Below, piece by piece: positions 50,635-61,690 of a stretch of 64,000 bases of DNA. Below the pieces are notes generated by a model that was not told where the DNA came from, did no database searches, and saw only the letters and a program-made list of their open reading frames with translations. Where the stretch lies: positions 6,138,001 through 6,202,000 of the forward strand of contig CATNEN010000024.1 in NCBI GenBank assembly GCA_950097015.1. The letters are read 5' to 3'. A program made the position numbers and the translations under genes. Position 1 is the stretch's first letter. Every line of letters begins with the position of its first letter. The stretch comes from Macrostomum hystrix. Taxonomy: Eukaryota; Animalia; Platyhelminthes.

Positions 50635-51914
50635 ATGCACTTAAACACAAGCGCAAGACGAAATGTAACAAATAATGATCTTCAGTATCGCCGTCTCCAT
50701 TACGCGACAGCGACGCTGTCTATTGGATTTGCACTTGGCATTGGTCTTCTGACAGCCTACAACAAATGCCAATATGCAAGCGACACTTCATCCATATGTT
50801 GGTGGGACACCAGAAAAGCTCACAGAGACGACCTTACAATATCAGCCTTCGCCGCCCGCATCTCCGCCATGCAGCGCGAGGACCTGGTGGAGGAGTTCAA
50901 CAGCAAGCTGGGCCCGGACCGGGGCGGCGACCGGCCCTGCGAGGCGTTCCGCCGAAACAGGGAGAAGAACCGGTACGCCGACGTGCCCTGCCTGGACGCC
51001 AGCCGGGTTCAGCTAAAGGGCGGCGCCTGCGACTATGTGCACGCGAACTGGGTGGACGGCTACCAGCAGCCCCGCGCCTACATCTGCACTCAGGTGAGCT
51101 GGTCATGAGCTTCTCAGCCATGCCGCTTCCCTCCAATAGCACCTGGCATCTACCCTCTCGCTACAGTCAGCCTCCCAACTTGAACAATCTTTCTAGTGGC
51201 AAACCAATGGCAATCACTAATTCCATTAACTGCACAAGTCGCTCAAATCCCTTCAGCCTCTGTAGCCGAGAGACCCGCTTCACCCACCGAAACCTCATCC
51301 ATCCGCAGGGCCCCCTGCCGAACACGGTGTCCGACTTCTGGTCGATGGTCTGGCAGAACGACGTCGGGGTGGTCGTCATGACGACGCGCCTGGTTGAAGG
51401 TCGTCGGACAAAGTGCGCAGCGTACTGGCCGCAGACGGCCGGCGAGTCGCAGAGCCACGGAGGCGTGACGGTGACGTGCGACTCGGTCGACGAACTCGAC
51501 GACGTGGTGATCAGCGAGCTGACGATCTCACAGCGCGACTCTCAGAGGCGAGTGACGCACCTGCAGTTCACCAGCTGGCCTGACTTTGGCATTCCCCACG
51601 CCGCCGGCTCCTTCCTGAAGTTCCTCGACCGCGTCCGCCAGGTCTCCGAGGAGCGCCGCGGCCCGACCCTGGTGCACTGCTCGGCCGGCATCGGGCGCAC
51701 CGGCACCTTCCTGACCGTCGACATCGCCATGCGGCGCCTTCTGGACACCGGCGAGGTCGACCTTCTGGGAACCGTGCGCAGACTGAGAGAGCAGCGGGCG
51801 GGATCCATCCAGACAGCTGAGCAGTACGTGTTCTGCCACCTGGCCTTGCTGGAGTTCGCCGCCAGTATCGGCCTGCTGCCCGAAGAGAACAGGACTAAAT
51901 ATGCGCTGGTTTAA
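50635..51914 (+). CDS. Chimeric PTP: 70 novel residues with a hydrophobic helix + duplicated PTPN9 catalytic domain + 10 novel residues. Exons 50635-51093, 51309-51914; ~354 aa
   Basis: 50845-51882 is the reverse complement of 39099-40136, including the 215-nt intron; KNRY, WPD, HCSAGIGR and Q-loop intact. Expression unknown, so it could be a young gene or a pseudogene. Confidence 0.7.
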
Positions 51915-52469
51915 TCAAATTATATCAACAAAGACTGCATTGTTCTTAGTTTTATAGCAAACTATGTTTCGTTTTCAATGTGGTACATTGCGCACACCTT
52001 CTTTCTTAAGCTTTCTTAAGTCATGCTTGTGCCAAATTTATATCGTCCGTTATGCTATTGACACTTTAATTTATAGAGGTTACGCTCGGCTACGAAAGAT
52101 CCACTAATTGAGGATAGTTTTAAAGAAAAATATTCATTCGTTTTGTAGTTTGTTGAAAGGATTTCGAATCTTAAAATAGGACTGTGGTTTTATTTGCGAC
52201 ACTCCATTTGTTTTATTTTGATCGGTTGTTGAACGCAAGCGATAGCTTAGGTTCCCAGGAGCAAGTAAAGTAATGGTTGTTCACTTTCATACGAGCAGCT
52301 TAGTAGTAGAAATGCGGAAGAATCGAAGTATCGAAACGAGAAAGAATCGCTTCGAAATCTCCCATTAGCAAAAGAAGGCAAAGCTAACGAAGAAAAGTGA
52401 CTGAAGCTATCAGAGTCCCAAGGTTTCCGCAGCGGCTTCCTACTAGGTCATTTCATGCGGCTAGTTAAG

Positions 52470-55400
52470 CTACCGTAGCCGCACCCCCGCCTTGGTCATG
52501 ATTCTGCGAGCCACGGAATCGTCAGCGTGACTAAATATGCAACGAAAATCCTGCATGCCAGCCAGTCGCTTCGTTGACTGACCGCGACCAGTCCTCTGTA
52601 AGATCTCCACAGCCAGACAGATGCTCTCCTCTACCGCCTGCGTGACAACTCGTTCCAGGGTTGCGGTCTGCTTGCTCAGCGACGGATCCGAGTTCAATTC
52701 GAGCAGCCACACGTTGAAATCGGCGCCGATTAAAAAGTCGCAGCCCAACAGTTCGTAGGACATTGGCTGCTCGCACAGGGAACTACTAGCCAGCGAGACA
52801 ACGTGGGCTAAGATTGCGCGAATTCTCTGATACAAGCGCCGCTTGACCCAGTTATGGCACGGCGCGGTCAGTTCTCGACTATGCTGATTGATGTAGTCGT
52901 TGAGCTGGTCTGGCGTCCACACCGTGTCCTCCTTGACAGTCTCGAAGGCTGGGTCTCGCCGCTGCACCGCCTGGTTGGTGAGATGCAGCAGCGGATCGTC
53001 ACTATCGGCCTGATAGGGACGGCAGGCCAGTCTGACATAGCCGGGGTGGCAGAATGCGTACAGTCCGCACTGTTCTACGCTGCACAGATTGGGCACTAGC
53101 AGTAAGTACACGCGCAAATCAAATTTTCGACCTTCCAGAAGCAACGGCTGCTGAATGTAGCGCTGAATGATGAGATCCCGGTGCTGGTAGTCGGGAAATT
53201 TCGTCTCCAGCAAGGCAACAATGCTGGCCAGAGCCGCTCCCGTGCCGCTGTCTTTCAGTGGCGGCACTCGGTGGAGAATGATGCCCTCCCCGCAGTCAGC
53301 GTGTCCGGGCTTCAACAAGAACAGGCCGCTGTCGTCACGGCCTAGCATTGAGGTGCGTTACACAGTGGAGAGATGAGACTGTGGAGAAATGCGACTGTGG
53401 AAAGAATAGACAGAGGAGAGATGAGACAGAGGAGAGATGAGACTGTGGAGAAATGCGACTGTGGAGAGATGAGACAGTGGAGAGATGAGACTGTGGAGAA
53501 ATGCGACTGTGGAGAGATGAGACAGAGGAGAGATTAGATTGTGGAGAGATGAGACTGTGGAGACATGCGACTGTGGAGAGAATAGACAGAGGAGAGATGA
53601 GACAGAGGAGAGATGAGACAGAGGAGAGATGAGACAGGAGAGATGAGACTGAGGAGAGATGAAACAGAGGAGATATGAGACAGAGGAGAGTTGGAGGGAC
53701 TGGAGAGATGACACAGGGGACAGATGGCACGAGGGAGAGATGACATAGGGGAGGGATGACACAGGGGGACAGATGACACGAGGGAGAGATGACACGGGAC
53801 AGATGACACGAGGGAGAGATGACACGGGACAGATGGCACGAGGGAGAGATGACATAGGGGAGGTATGACACAGGGGGACAGATGGCACGAGGGAGAGATG
53901 ACACAGGGGACAGATGGCACGAGGGAGAGATGACACAGGGGACAGATGGCACGAGGGAGAGATGACACAGGGGACAGATGGCATGAGGGAGAGATGACAC
54001 AGGGGACAGATGGCACGAGGGAGAGATGACACAGGGGACAGATGGCATGAGGGAGAGATGACACAGGGGACAGATGGCACGAGGGAGAGATGACACAGGG
54101 GACAGATGGCACGAGGGAGAGATGACACAGGGGACAGATGGCACGAGGGAGAGATGACACAGGGGACAGATGGCATGAGGGAGAGATGACACAGGGGACA
54201 GATGGCACGAGGGAGAGATGACACAGGGGACAGATGGCACGAGGGAGAGATGACACAGGGGACAGATGGCACGAGGGAGAGATGACACAGGGGACAGATG
54301 GCATGAGGGAGAGATGACACAGGGGACAGATGGCACGAGGGAGAGATGACACAGGGGACAGATGGCACGAGGGAGAGATGACACAGGGGACAGATGGCAC
54401 GAGGGAGAGATGACACAGGGGACAGATGGCACGAGGGAGAGATGACATAGGGGAGGGATGACACGGGAGAGATTACACATAGGAGAGAAGACACAGGGGC
54501 GAGCGAGTGGAACCTAGCATACAGGCCTAGAATAGACTAGCTTACGAATGAAATCAATGATGCTGGTGGCGCTGGAGCCGTTAAGGTGCATTGTGTCCGG
54601 AAAGAAGCTTGACGCTTCAAGGCCTTTCGGCACCAGGTAGGGGTGATTGAGCTCAAACTCCTTCAAACACCTGGCCAGGCTGCACTTGTTGGCTAGGAGG
54701 CCGCGAAAATGCAATCGGTTAATGATGTAGTAGCCTGACAAATGGGGGTGGGCGACTGACCAGTTAGTAATTAAACAGCATGCACCAACATGACAGGAAA
54801 ACTAGCGTTGTTCATAGAAATACTTTAAAATTAGAGTAAGCGCACTGCTGGCCTGACTAGATTTCTGCTTCACTTTGGCATAATGTTTACGATATTACGA
54901 TATTCAAAATTACAATACCACAATATAATTGACAATACAAATAATGTGATTTTATGCGCAAGATTATTAATAAAATGAGACTTCGAGGTTACGATTTGAA
55001 AGGCTAGAAAACACTCCAGCCCTGCTTCGGGCCTCTAACTGTAGATTATATTATATTATTTGATAGGCTAGGACAAAAGGGGTCGACAGCGAGAAGAAGA
55101 CAAATGAACCCTAGGGTGATGTACATTGTGGGGGCTAACAGACGACAACGAGCGCATAGGGAGAGAAAAACAAGGTGGGGGCAGGGGGTCTGGACTAGAC
55201 TGGAGGGGTCAGAGTGGAAAGGGACACGGGGAAAATCGATAATAGAGAGCAAAGGGTGGAGCTGGCAAATAACTGGGGTTAGAAAATGAAATTACCCCAA
55301 GGGTGTACAGTGAACAGGATTGGTTAACATTGGATTAACAACATTTTTCCCCTTGAAAACTTTTCGTTCTGAGTGTTTTTTTACTTTCACTTTTGCTTTC

Positions 55401-58400
55401 ATTTTACGCCTTTTCAATTAGGTTGTTAAGTGCCTACTCGCAGGTGCAATTAAAAATAAAATTAAATTAAAGTCTCTTTTGAGTGCCCACTTTATAATAA
55501 AAAAAAATAATAATAGTAATATTTACCCCCTGGGGAAATACCCACTGCTGCCTACTTCACCATAGCTCCCAAACCGAATGACCGATTTTTGTGAAAATCC
55601 TGCTTTTGGATCGAAAAATAGTTGAATATCATGGCGATTGGTTGAATAGTTTAGACGATACAGAAATGCGGGTTTTTGAAAGACCCCGTCGTCTTTCGTC
55701 TTTCCACAAGTAAAAAGTTTAGACCGATGACAACCTTCAGACAGTGGGATACATAACTGAGAAGCCAATTACAATATACTTGTCTCACATACCAAGGCCG
55801 GGCTTTCTCATCGCTCCAGAATTTGTGCCACTGCACCAGAGCAGGGCCATCCTGTCCAGCGGCCTGAATTTGTTGCGTACATCACCTGGCAGCTGCTCCT
55901 TGAAGCCCATGGCATTGAGCATCTTGCGACAGCTGCAATGTACGGAACATTGTTCAAGTGTTTACTTCCTGAATGAAATAATTGTCAGATTTAAATATAT
56001 ATATATTAGTTCAAAAGATAATTAAGCCTGCCCCATTTGGGCCAGATGTGCAGCCGACAGCCCACTTTTAGTCATTATATGGTGCATCTGAAGGCTGCGT
56101 ACGGTTGATCAGTCCATGGACTGGGGGACGCCACACACACCCTCAATTACCCCAGCTGATGCTGGTACCCTTTTAACAGCTGGGTGAACTAAAGCAACGT
56201 GGACTTTAGTGTCTTGATAAAGGAAGTACCAATTTTCAAAAATAATAATATTATTACGAGTATAATAATACGCAACCCCCCGGCGACGCCGTGGCCCGAA
56301 AAATAGGGGAAGCGTCAAAACGCGCTTCAGGGCTAGTTTGCGGACATGTTTCACTCCGTCAGCCTGGCTCGGGGCACGGGCGTCGGAGTAGAGCAGGTCG
56401 ATGTAACGGGCCGATCGTCCTTGTCCGCGCCTGGGCGGTCCTTCAGAGTCCACAGAAGCACATCCTGCAGCGGCTTAGGGCAGTAGGCTTCAACCCTGAT
56501 CACGTGCCCAGCCAGCCGCAGGCGCCGCTGTCTCAGCAATCAGGTCAGTCGCGCTCGCTTGTACAGTGAGTCGGTCGTCTCGCTTCCTGGACCGCGGCGG
56601 GCGCCAAACGCAGAGCGAAGCAGGGCCGCATGTGTCGCGTTGAGCTGCCTCTCGAGCGCCTCCGTCAGAGTCCAGGTCTTCGCATTATAGAGCAGCAGGG
56701 TCTCAACGACCGCCTGGAAGAGCTGCGACCTGGAAGAGCTGCGACCTGGATGAGCTGCGTCCGTCAGCGCGCCCGAAAGCAGCACCGTGCACACCGATCG
56801 GAGGGCCTTGCCGCGCCGTCTCGCCAAATCGTCGTTTACGTCCGTCCGGCTTTACTCCGCCGAGACTCGTAAACGAACTGGCGGCACCTCGGAAGCGGGT
56901 TCCTGTGGCCGCTGTCGTCCCGGAGCAGAATCTCGGCCGGCAGGTTGTGCGGCACTGTCAGCACCTCGGTCTTCTGCTCGTTCACGATGAGACCGACTCT
57001 CACCGCCGCCTTTGTCAGGCCATCCAGCACAGGTCCAGCACAGGCTGTAACCGTGCTAAAAGCATCCGGTTGAACAGCTTCGACATAAGCGAAATCCCGC
57101 GATGTTCCTCCATCCATGTGGTGCCCGACTTCTTCAGGATTCCGACGCTGATCAAGTGGGCAAAAGTCCACTCGAAAGGCGCAGAACCTCCTGCCAAGAC
57201 CCCGATCATCACGCGGGTCACCTCAGTGGCGACCCTCGGGACTTGCAACGCTTCGGCGGGCACTTCGTCAGGGCCGGGGGCGCCCGGAATTCTGCGAGCG
57301 AACTCCACTACGTCAGTGCTGGTGAAAGGACGGATGTCGAAATCTTCCTGCTTCGGCAGTGCTACCTCAGGGGACAGCGATAGGTCAGCAGGCAGTGACG
57401 GCGACGGCGCATTGACAATGGTGGTGAAGAAACAGCGCAGCATATTTCTGTGCTCCTCCGCAGAGTCACCAGCCAGGTTTAGCGCCGCCTTTTTCTTACG
57501 ACCAGTAAGGGCATTTACGGCCGGCCGGACGACTCGGTTTTTTCCCATCAAGACCGACTGACGCGATTTTCAAGTAGTGAGTCCGATCGCTCTAAAGGCT
57601 AGGCTACAACCCCCCCAACCCCTCTGAAGCCTAAACAATTAATTTATATTTATCTCACCCTAAGACCTAAGACCTAAGACCTATCTCACCCTGTATCTCG
57701 TCCTATTCCTGGAATGACACACCCTACCCTCACATCCTATTCCTGGAATGACACACCCTACCCTCACATCCTATTCCTGGAATGACACACCCTACCCTCA
57801 CATCCTATTCCTGGAATGACACACCCTACCCTCACATCCTATTCCTGGAATGACACACCCTACCCTCACATCCTGTTCCTGGAATGACACACCCTACCCT
57901 CACATCCTGTTCCTAATAAAGACTTACAGGGGATTAGGGATTAGTGACTTACACCTGGTGTCTAGGGCACCATTTGCTATTTTATGTTAGCCATAAAAAT
58001 CGGACTTTTTAACGATCTTTTGCCCGACATATAGGTAGCATAATAACAAAATAGTACAATAACTTAACCATATTACGTTTGATCAAGTCACTATAAAATA
58101 TTAGAGAGATAATATACTCACTGTGAACTGCCGTGATTGTATAAAATGTAGTACTCGCCGCGCAGTGACGAGTACCTCTCTCGGAATGCACGACCTCGCG
58201 CCTCTGTGTCGTAGGAGTCGGAGACGAGTGATCGTCGGCTCGTCATTGGCCCGGTGGGGATCACGATCTGCCTGTCGATTGAATCACCGTGGAGCACGTC
58301 ATTTACTTTTGTCACTTCTGACGCGCTAGAGTAGCTAAAGATCGCGTTGGTGCAGGCCACGTCGTCAAGATTGGGTAAAGGAACATTTTCTGCGAGTTTT

Positions 58401-58807
58401 ACAATACCCCTAACACACATTCGAAAGTCTGTTTTATGCTGCTCTAGTCTGCTAATGAAGGATGTGGCTGCTTTAGTAGCCAACCTGCGGTCAGTATCTG
58501 AGCAATTAGTTGATACGCCAATCAGCATTTTATTGCTGGAGTTGCGACTGACATTGATGTAGAATGATAATTTGAGCGGATGGCTATAGCTAGATTTGTC
58601 ATTCTGGCTCTTCCTTTGTTCACTCGGCTTTTGTAATAAAAGCAGCAACGCATTGTAGTTTGCCAACACGAAATGTTGCGCTGCCGAACTTAACAAACTG
58701 AAATTTTTGTTGCTGCAACAAACTCTGAGCTCGAACTCCAACTGACCGATCTGTGATTTGCACTGCGCATTGTTCTCATATGCATGACTAATTGGCTTTT
58801 TCTTCAT
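52470..58807 (-). CDS. TTLL10: TTLL10-like tubulin-tyrosine-ligase-family glycylase. Exons 58807-58122, 55932-55793, 54734-54546, 53341-52470
   Basis: IIQRYIQQPLLLEGRKFDLRVYLL, GYVRL, HLTNQAVQ, KEDTVW, YELLGCDFLI...VWLLELNSDPSL (TTLL10-like); upstream IINRL...LLANKCSL...FFPDT and FLLKP. Junction phases 2,1,1 all match. Exon 1 is divergent, so its assignment is less certain. Confidence 0.85.
53362..54485 (+). repeat. Compound GA-rich array: GAGATGAGACAGAG-type units, then 32-bp (GGGAGAGATGACACAGGGGACAGATGGCACGA)n, filling TTLL10 intron 3
   Basis: Occupies ~1120 of 1204 intron bases. Confidence 0.95.
56026..56225 (-). mobile_element. SINE family 2, CORE + 3' body without head
   Basis: Matches 50235-50430 (CATCTGAAGGCTGCGTAC...CCCTCAATTACCCCAGCT.ATGCTGGTACCC...CAGCTGGGTGAACT). 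Confidence 0.85.
56236..57562 (-). mobile_element. Decayed, internally deleted non-LTR retrotransposon (RTE-like RT + C-terminus) in TTLL10 intron 1
   Basis: APGPDEVPAEAL, W..AHLISVGILKKSG, HRGISLMSKLFNRMLLARL, VGLIVNEQKTEVL, VETLLLYNAKTWTL, LRQRRLRLAGHVIR. Frameshifted, no YADD seen, (TAT)n tail at ~56236-56270. Confidence 0.85.
57685..57915 (+). repeat. 34-bp tandem repeat (ATCCTATTCCTGGAATGACACACCCTACCCTCAC)n, ~6 copies
   Basis: Directly visible. Confidence 0.95.
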
Positions 58808-59224
58808 CGCGTGCAGCGAAATAGTTAGATTCCGCTCATAATTGATTAACTCACACTATATACATGGTTAGAAAATGGAAGAATGCACTAAAAGTAACAA
58901 ATTAATCAACCAATCAGATCGACAATAAAGAGTCTATGGACTCTTATTCTATGGTATAAAGTTTCCTGAATCGAGCTTCGTAAAGAGAAAAAAAATTGAA
59001 CTAAAAATAGAAAGCAAGCGATTGCTCGTGTGTACTCGCGGATGTACTCATGTTTATATGGGCATTTACGGCCGGCCAGACGACTCGGTTTCGCCCATCA
59101 AGACCGACTAACGCGACTGACGCGATTTTCAAGTAGTGAGTCCGATATGGCTCTAACCACTAGGCTACAACCCCCAACCTCTCTGAAGCCTAAAAAATTC
59201 ATTTATCTTATACCCTAAGACCCA

Positions 59225-60135
59225 CCCTCACATCCAGGAATGACACAGTCTACCCTCACATCCTATTCCTGGAATGACACACCCTACCCTCACATCCTGT
59301 TCCTGTAATGACACACCCTACCCTCACATCCTGTTCCTGTAATGACACACCCTACCCTCACATCCTGTTCCTGGAATGACACACCCTACCCTCACATCCT
59401 GTTCCTGGAATGACACACCCTACCCTCACACCCTATTCCTGGAATGACACACCCTACCCTCACATCCTATTCCTGGAATGACACACCCTACCCTCACACC
59501 CTATTCCTGGAATGACACACCCTACCCTCACATCCTATTCCTGGAATGACACACCCTACCCTCACATCCTGTTCCTGTAATGACACACCCTACCCTCACA
59601 TCCTGTTCCTGTAATGACACACCCTACCCTCACATCCTGTTCCTGTAATGACACACCCTACCCTCACATCCTGTTCCTGGAATGACACACCCTACCCTCA
59701 CATCCTGTTCCTGTAATGACACACCCTACCCTCACATCCTGTTCCTATAATGACACACCCTACCCTCACATCCTGTTCCTGGAATGACACACCCTACCCT
59801 CACACCCTATTCCTGGAATGACACACCCTACCCTCACATCCTATTCCTGGAATGACACACCCTACCCTCACACCCTATTCCTGGAATGACACACTCTACC
59901 CTCACATCCTATTCCTAGAATGACACACCCTACCCTTACACCCTATTCCTGGAATGACACACCCTACCCTCACATCCTATTCCTGGAATGACACACCCTA
60001 CCCTCACATCCTATTCCTGGAATGACACACCCTACCCTCACATCCTATTCCTGGAATGACACACCCTACCCACACATCCTGTTCCTGGAATGACACACCC
60101 TATACCCACACATCCTGTTCCTGGAATGACAAAAC
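59225..60135 (+). repeat. Same 34-bp tandem repeat, ~27 copies
   Basis: Same unit and orientation as 57685-57915. Confidence 0.96.
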
Positions 60136-60167
60136 CTATGGCGCTACTGCAGTTTTAGGCATTCATG

Positions 60168-60739
60168 TGCATAATAAAGGACTGCCTCATCCTCTCAGCA
60201 AAAGTTTCAAACCAGCGGCAAGGGAAAGATGATGTGCCAACTGCAGGGCCTCATTATGCCGTGATCTAGACGAATTTATATATGACACCAGAACGGATCG
60301 AAATTTTAGCTAGCGTGCTGCCTTTGCTGCCATTACAAAATTGGCTTCTAGATTGAATATTATACGTACGTGTTAAATCAACAAATGCATATTATGTACA
60401 TGTGTAGGCTAATAATTATCTCGCCGACTGTTCACACGTACAGTATAATTGCTTGCATAATAAAGGACTGCCTCATCCTCTCAGCAAAAGTTTCAAACCA
60501 GCGGCAAGGGAAAGATGATGTGCCAACTGCAGGGCCTCATTATGCCGTGATCTAGACGAATTTATATATGACACCAGAACGGATCGAAATTTTAGCTAGC
60601 GTGCTGCCTTTGCTGCCATTACAAAATTGGCTTCTAGATTGAATATTATACGTACGTGTTAAATCAACAAATGCATATTATGTACATGTGTAGGCTAATA
60701 ATTATCTCGCCGACTGTTCACACGTACAGTATAATTGCT
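60168..60739 (+). repeat. Exact tandem duplication, 2 x 286 bp
   Basis: TGCATAATAAAGGACTGCC...GTATAATTGCT starts at 60168 and again at 60454. Confidence 0.93.
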
Positions 60740-61324
60740 TCGATTTTTTATGCCACGCTGTATAATCTCTGCATTTGGTTCCAAAGAATCAATCAATGCA
60801 CGCTCTGAAGTTTCGAAAAAACACTGTGACCAAGGACATCTAGAATTACTAGACTAGAACTAAGTATTCCAGATGCTAGAATTATATATTCTTGATCCTA
60901 CATGTACTTGACTGTGGCTTTGAATAAACGGATTTAAAAACAAGTTCTTCTGTTAATTGTCGAGAACTACTGAAGATTCAGCATCAAAGAATATTGAGAT
61001 CACATGTGAGATTGAAGTACTCTAGATTGAGATCACATGTGCTCACATATGTGATCTCAATACTCTTTGTTAAGCAAGCTTCACTTTCAACCAACGGTTT
61101 TTTCTGCGGGAGAGTAAAATAGTAAAACAAATAGATTTATCGCACTTGTCGCTATCAAACCGTTTAAAATAGAAAATTACAACGATAACTAAATAAAAAT
61201 GATTGGTTAGTTTATTAATCAAATTTAGAAGATTAAATCACACGATTAAATTTTAATTCACCTTCTAGGAAAAAATATACTTTTGCAAATGTGACTACGC
61301 ACATGTGACTACATATGTAACATT

Positions 61325-61690
61325 GGGGGTGAGAGGGGTGAAGTCTAACCGTTTGCCTCTCGCACCAAAGTCTCTGAGCTCGATTCTGCGGCGTATTCAT
61401 ATTCATTTAGGGAGCACATGCGGAGAGAAGGCTTAGGCCTTAAAGGCTTTTCGTGAAATTTTCGCCCTTGAGACGAGAGTCTACACTGCCTTGACGACGA
61501 GAAAGTCAGTGCAGATGTACACACTGGTGTAAGCGAGTGCCTGTGCGTGTGTGTGTCCAGGAGTCGGTAATCGGTAGAATCGCCTCCTGGCAGGCTGTGG
61601 GTCTAGTGTCCCAAAATCGTCTCTAATTGCCCGCTGCCCTGCCGCTGCCAGCATCCCTCCTGCAAATCTTATCAACACATTACATATGTT
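61325..61690 (+). mobile_element. SINE family 1, copy 4 (longest, with tRNA-like head; divergent)
   Basis: Head GGGGTGAAGTCTAACCGTTTGCCTCTCGCACCAAAGTCTCTGAGCTCGATTC, then CGGAGAGAAGGCTT...CGCCCTTGAG...GAGAAAGTCAG.GCAGATGTACAC as in copy 1. Confidence 0.8.

Noticed and set aside
50845-51882. Retrocopy origin for the PTP duplicate
   Set aside because: The intron is retained, and there is no poly(A) tail or long TSD.
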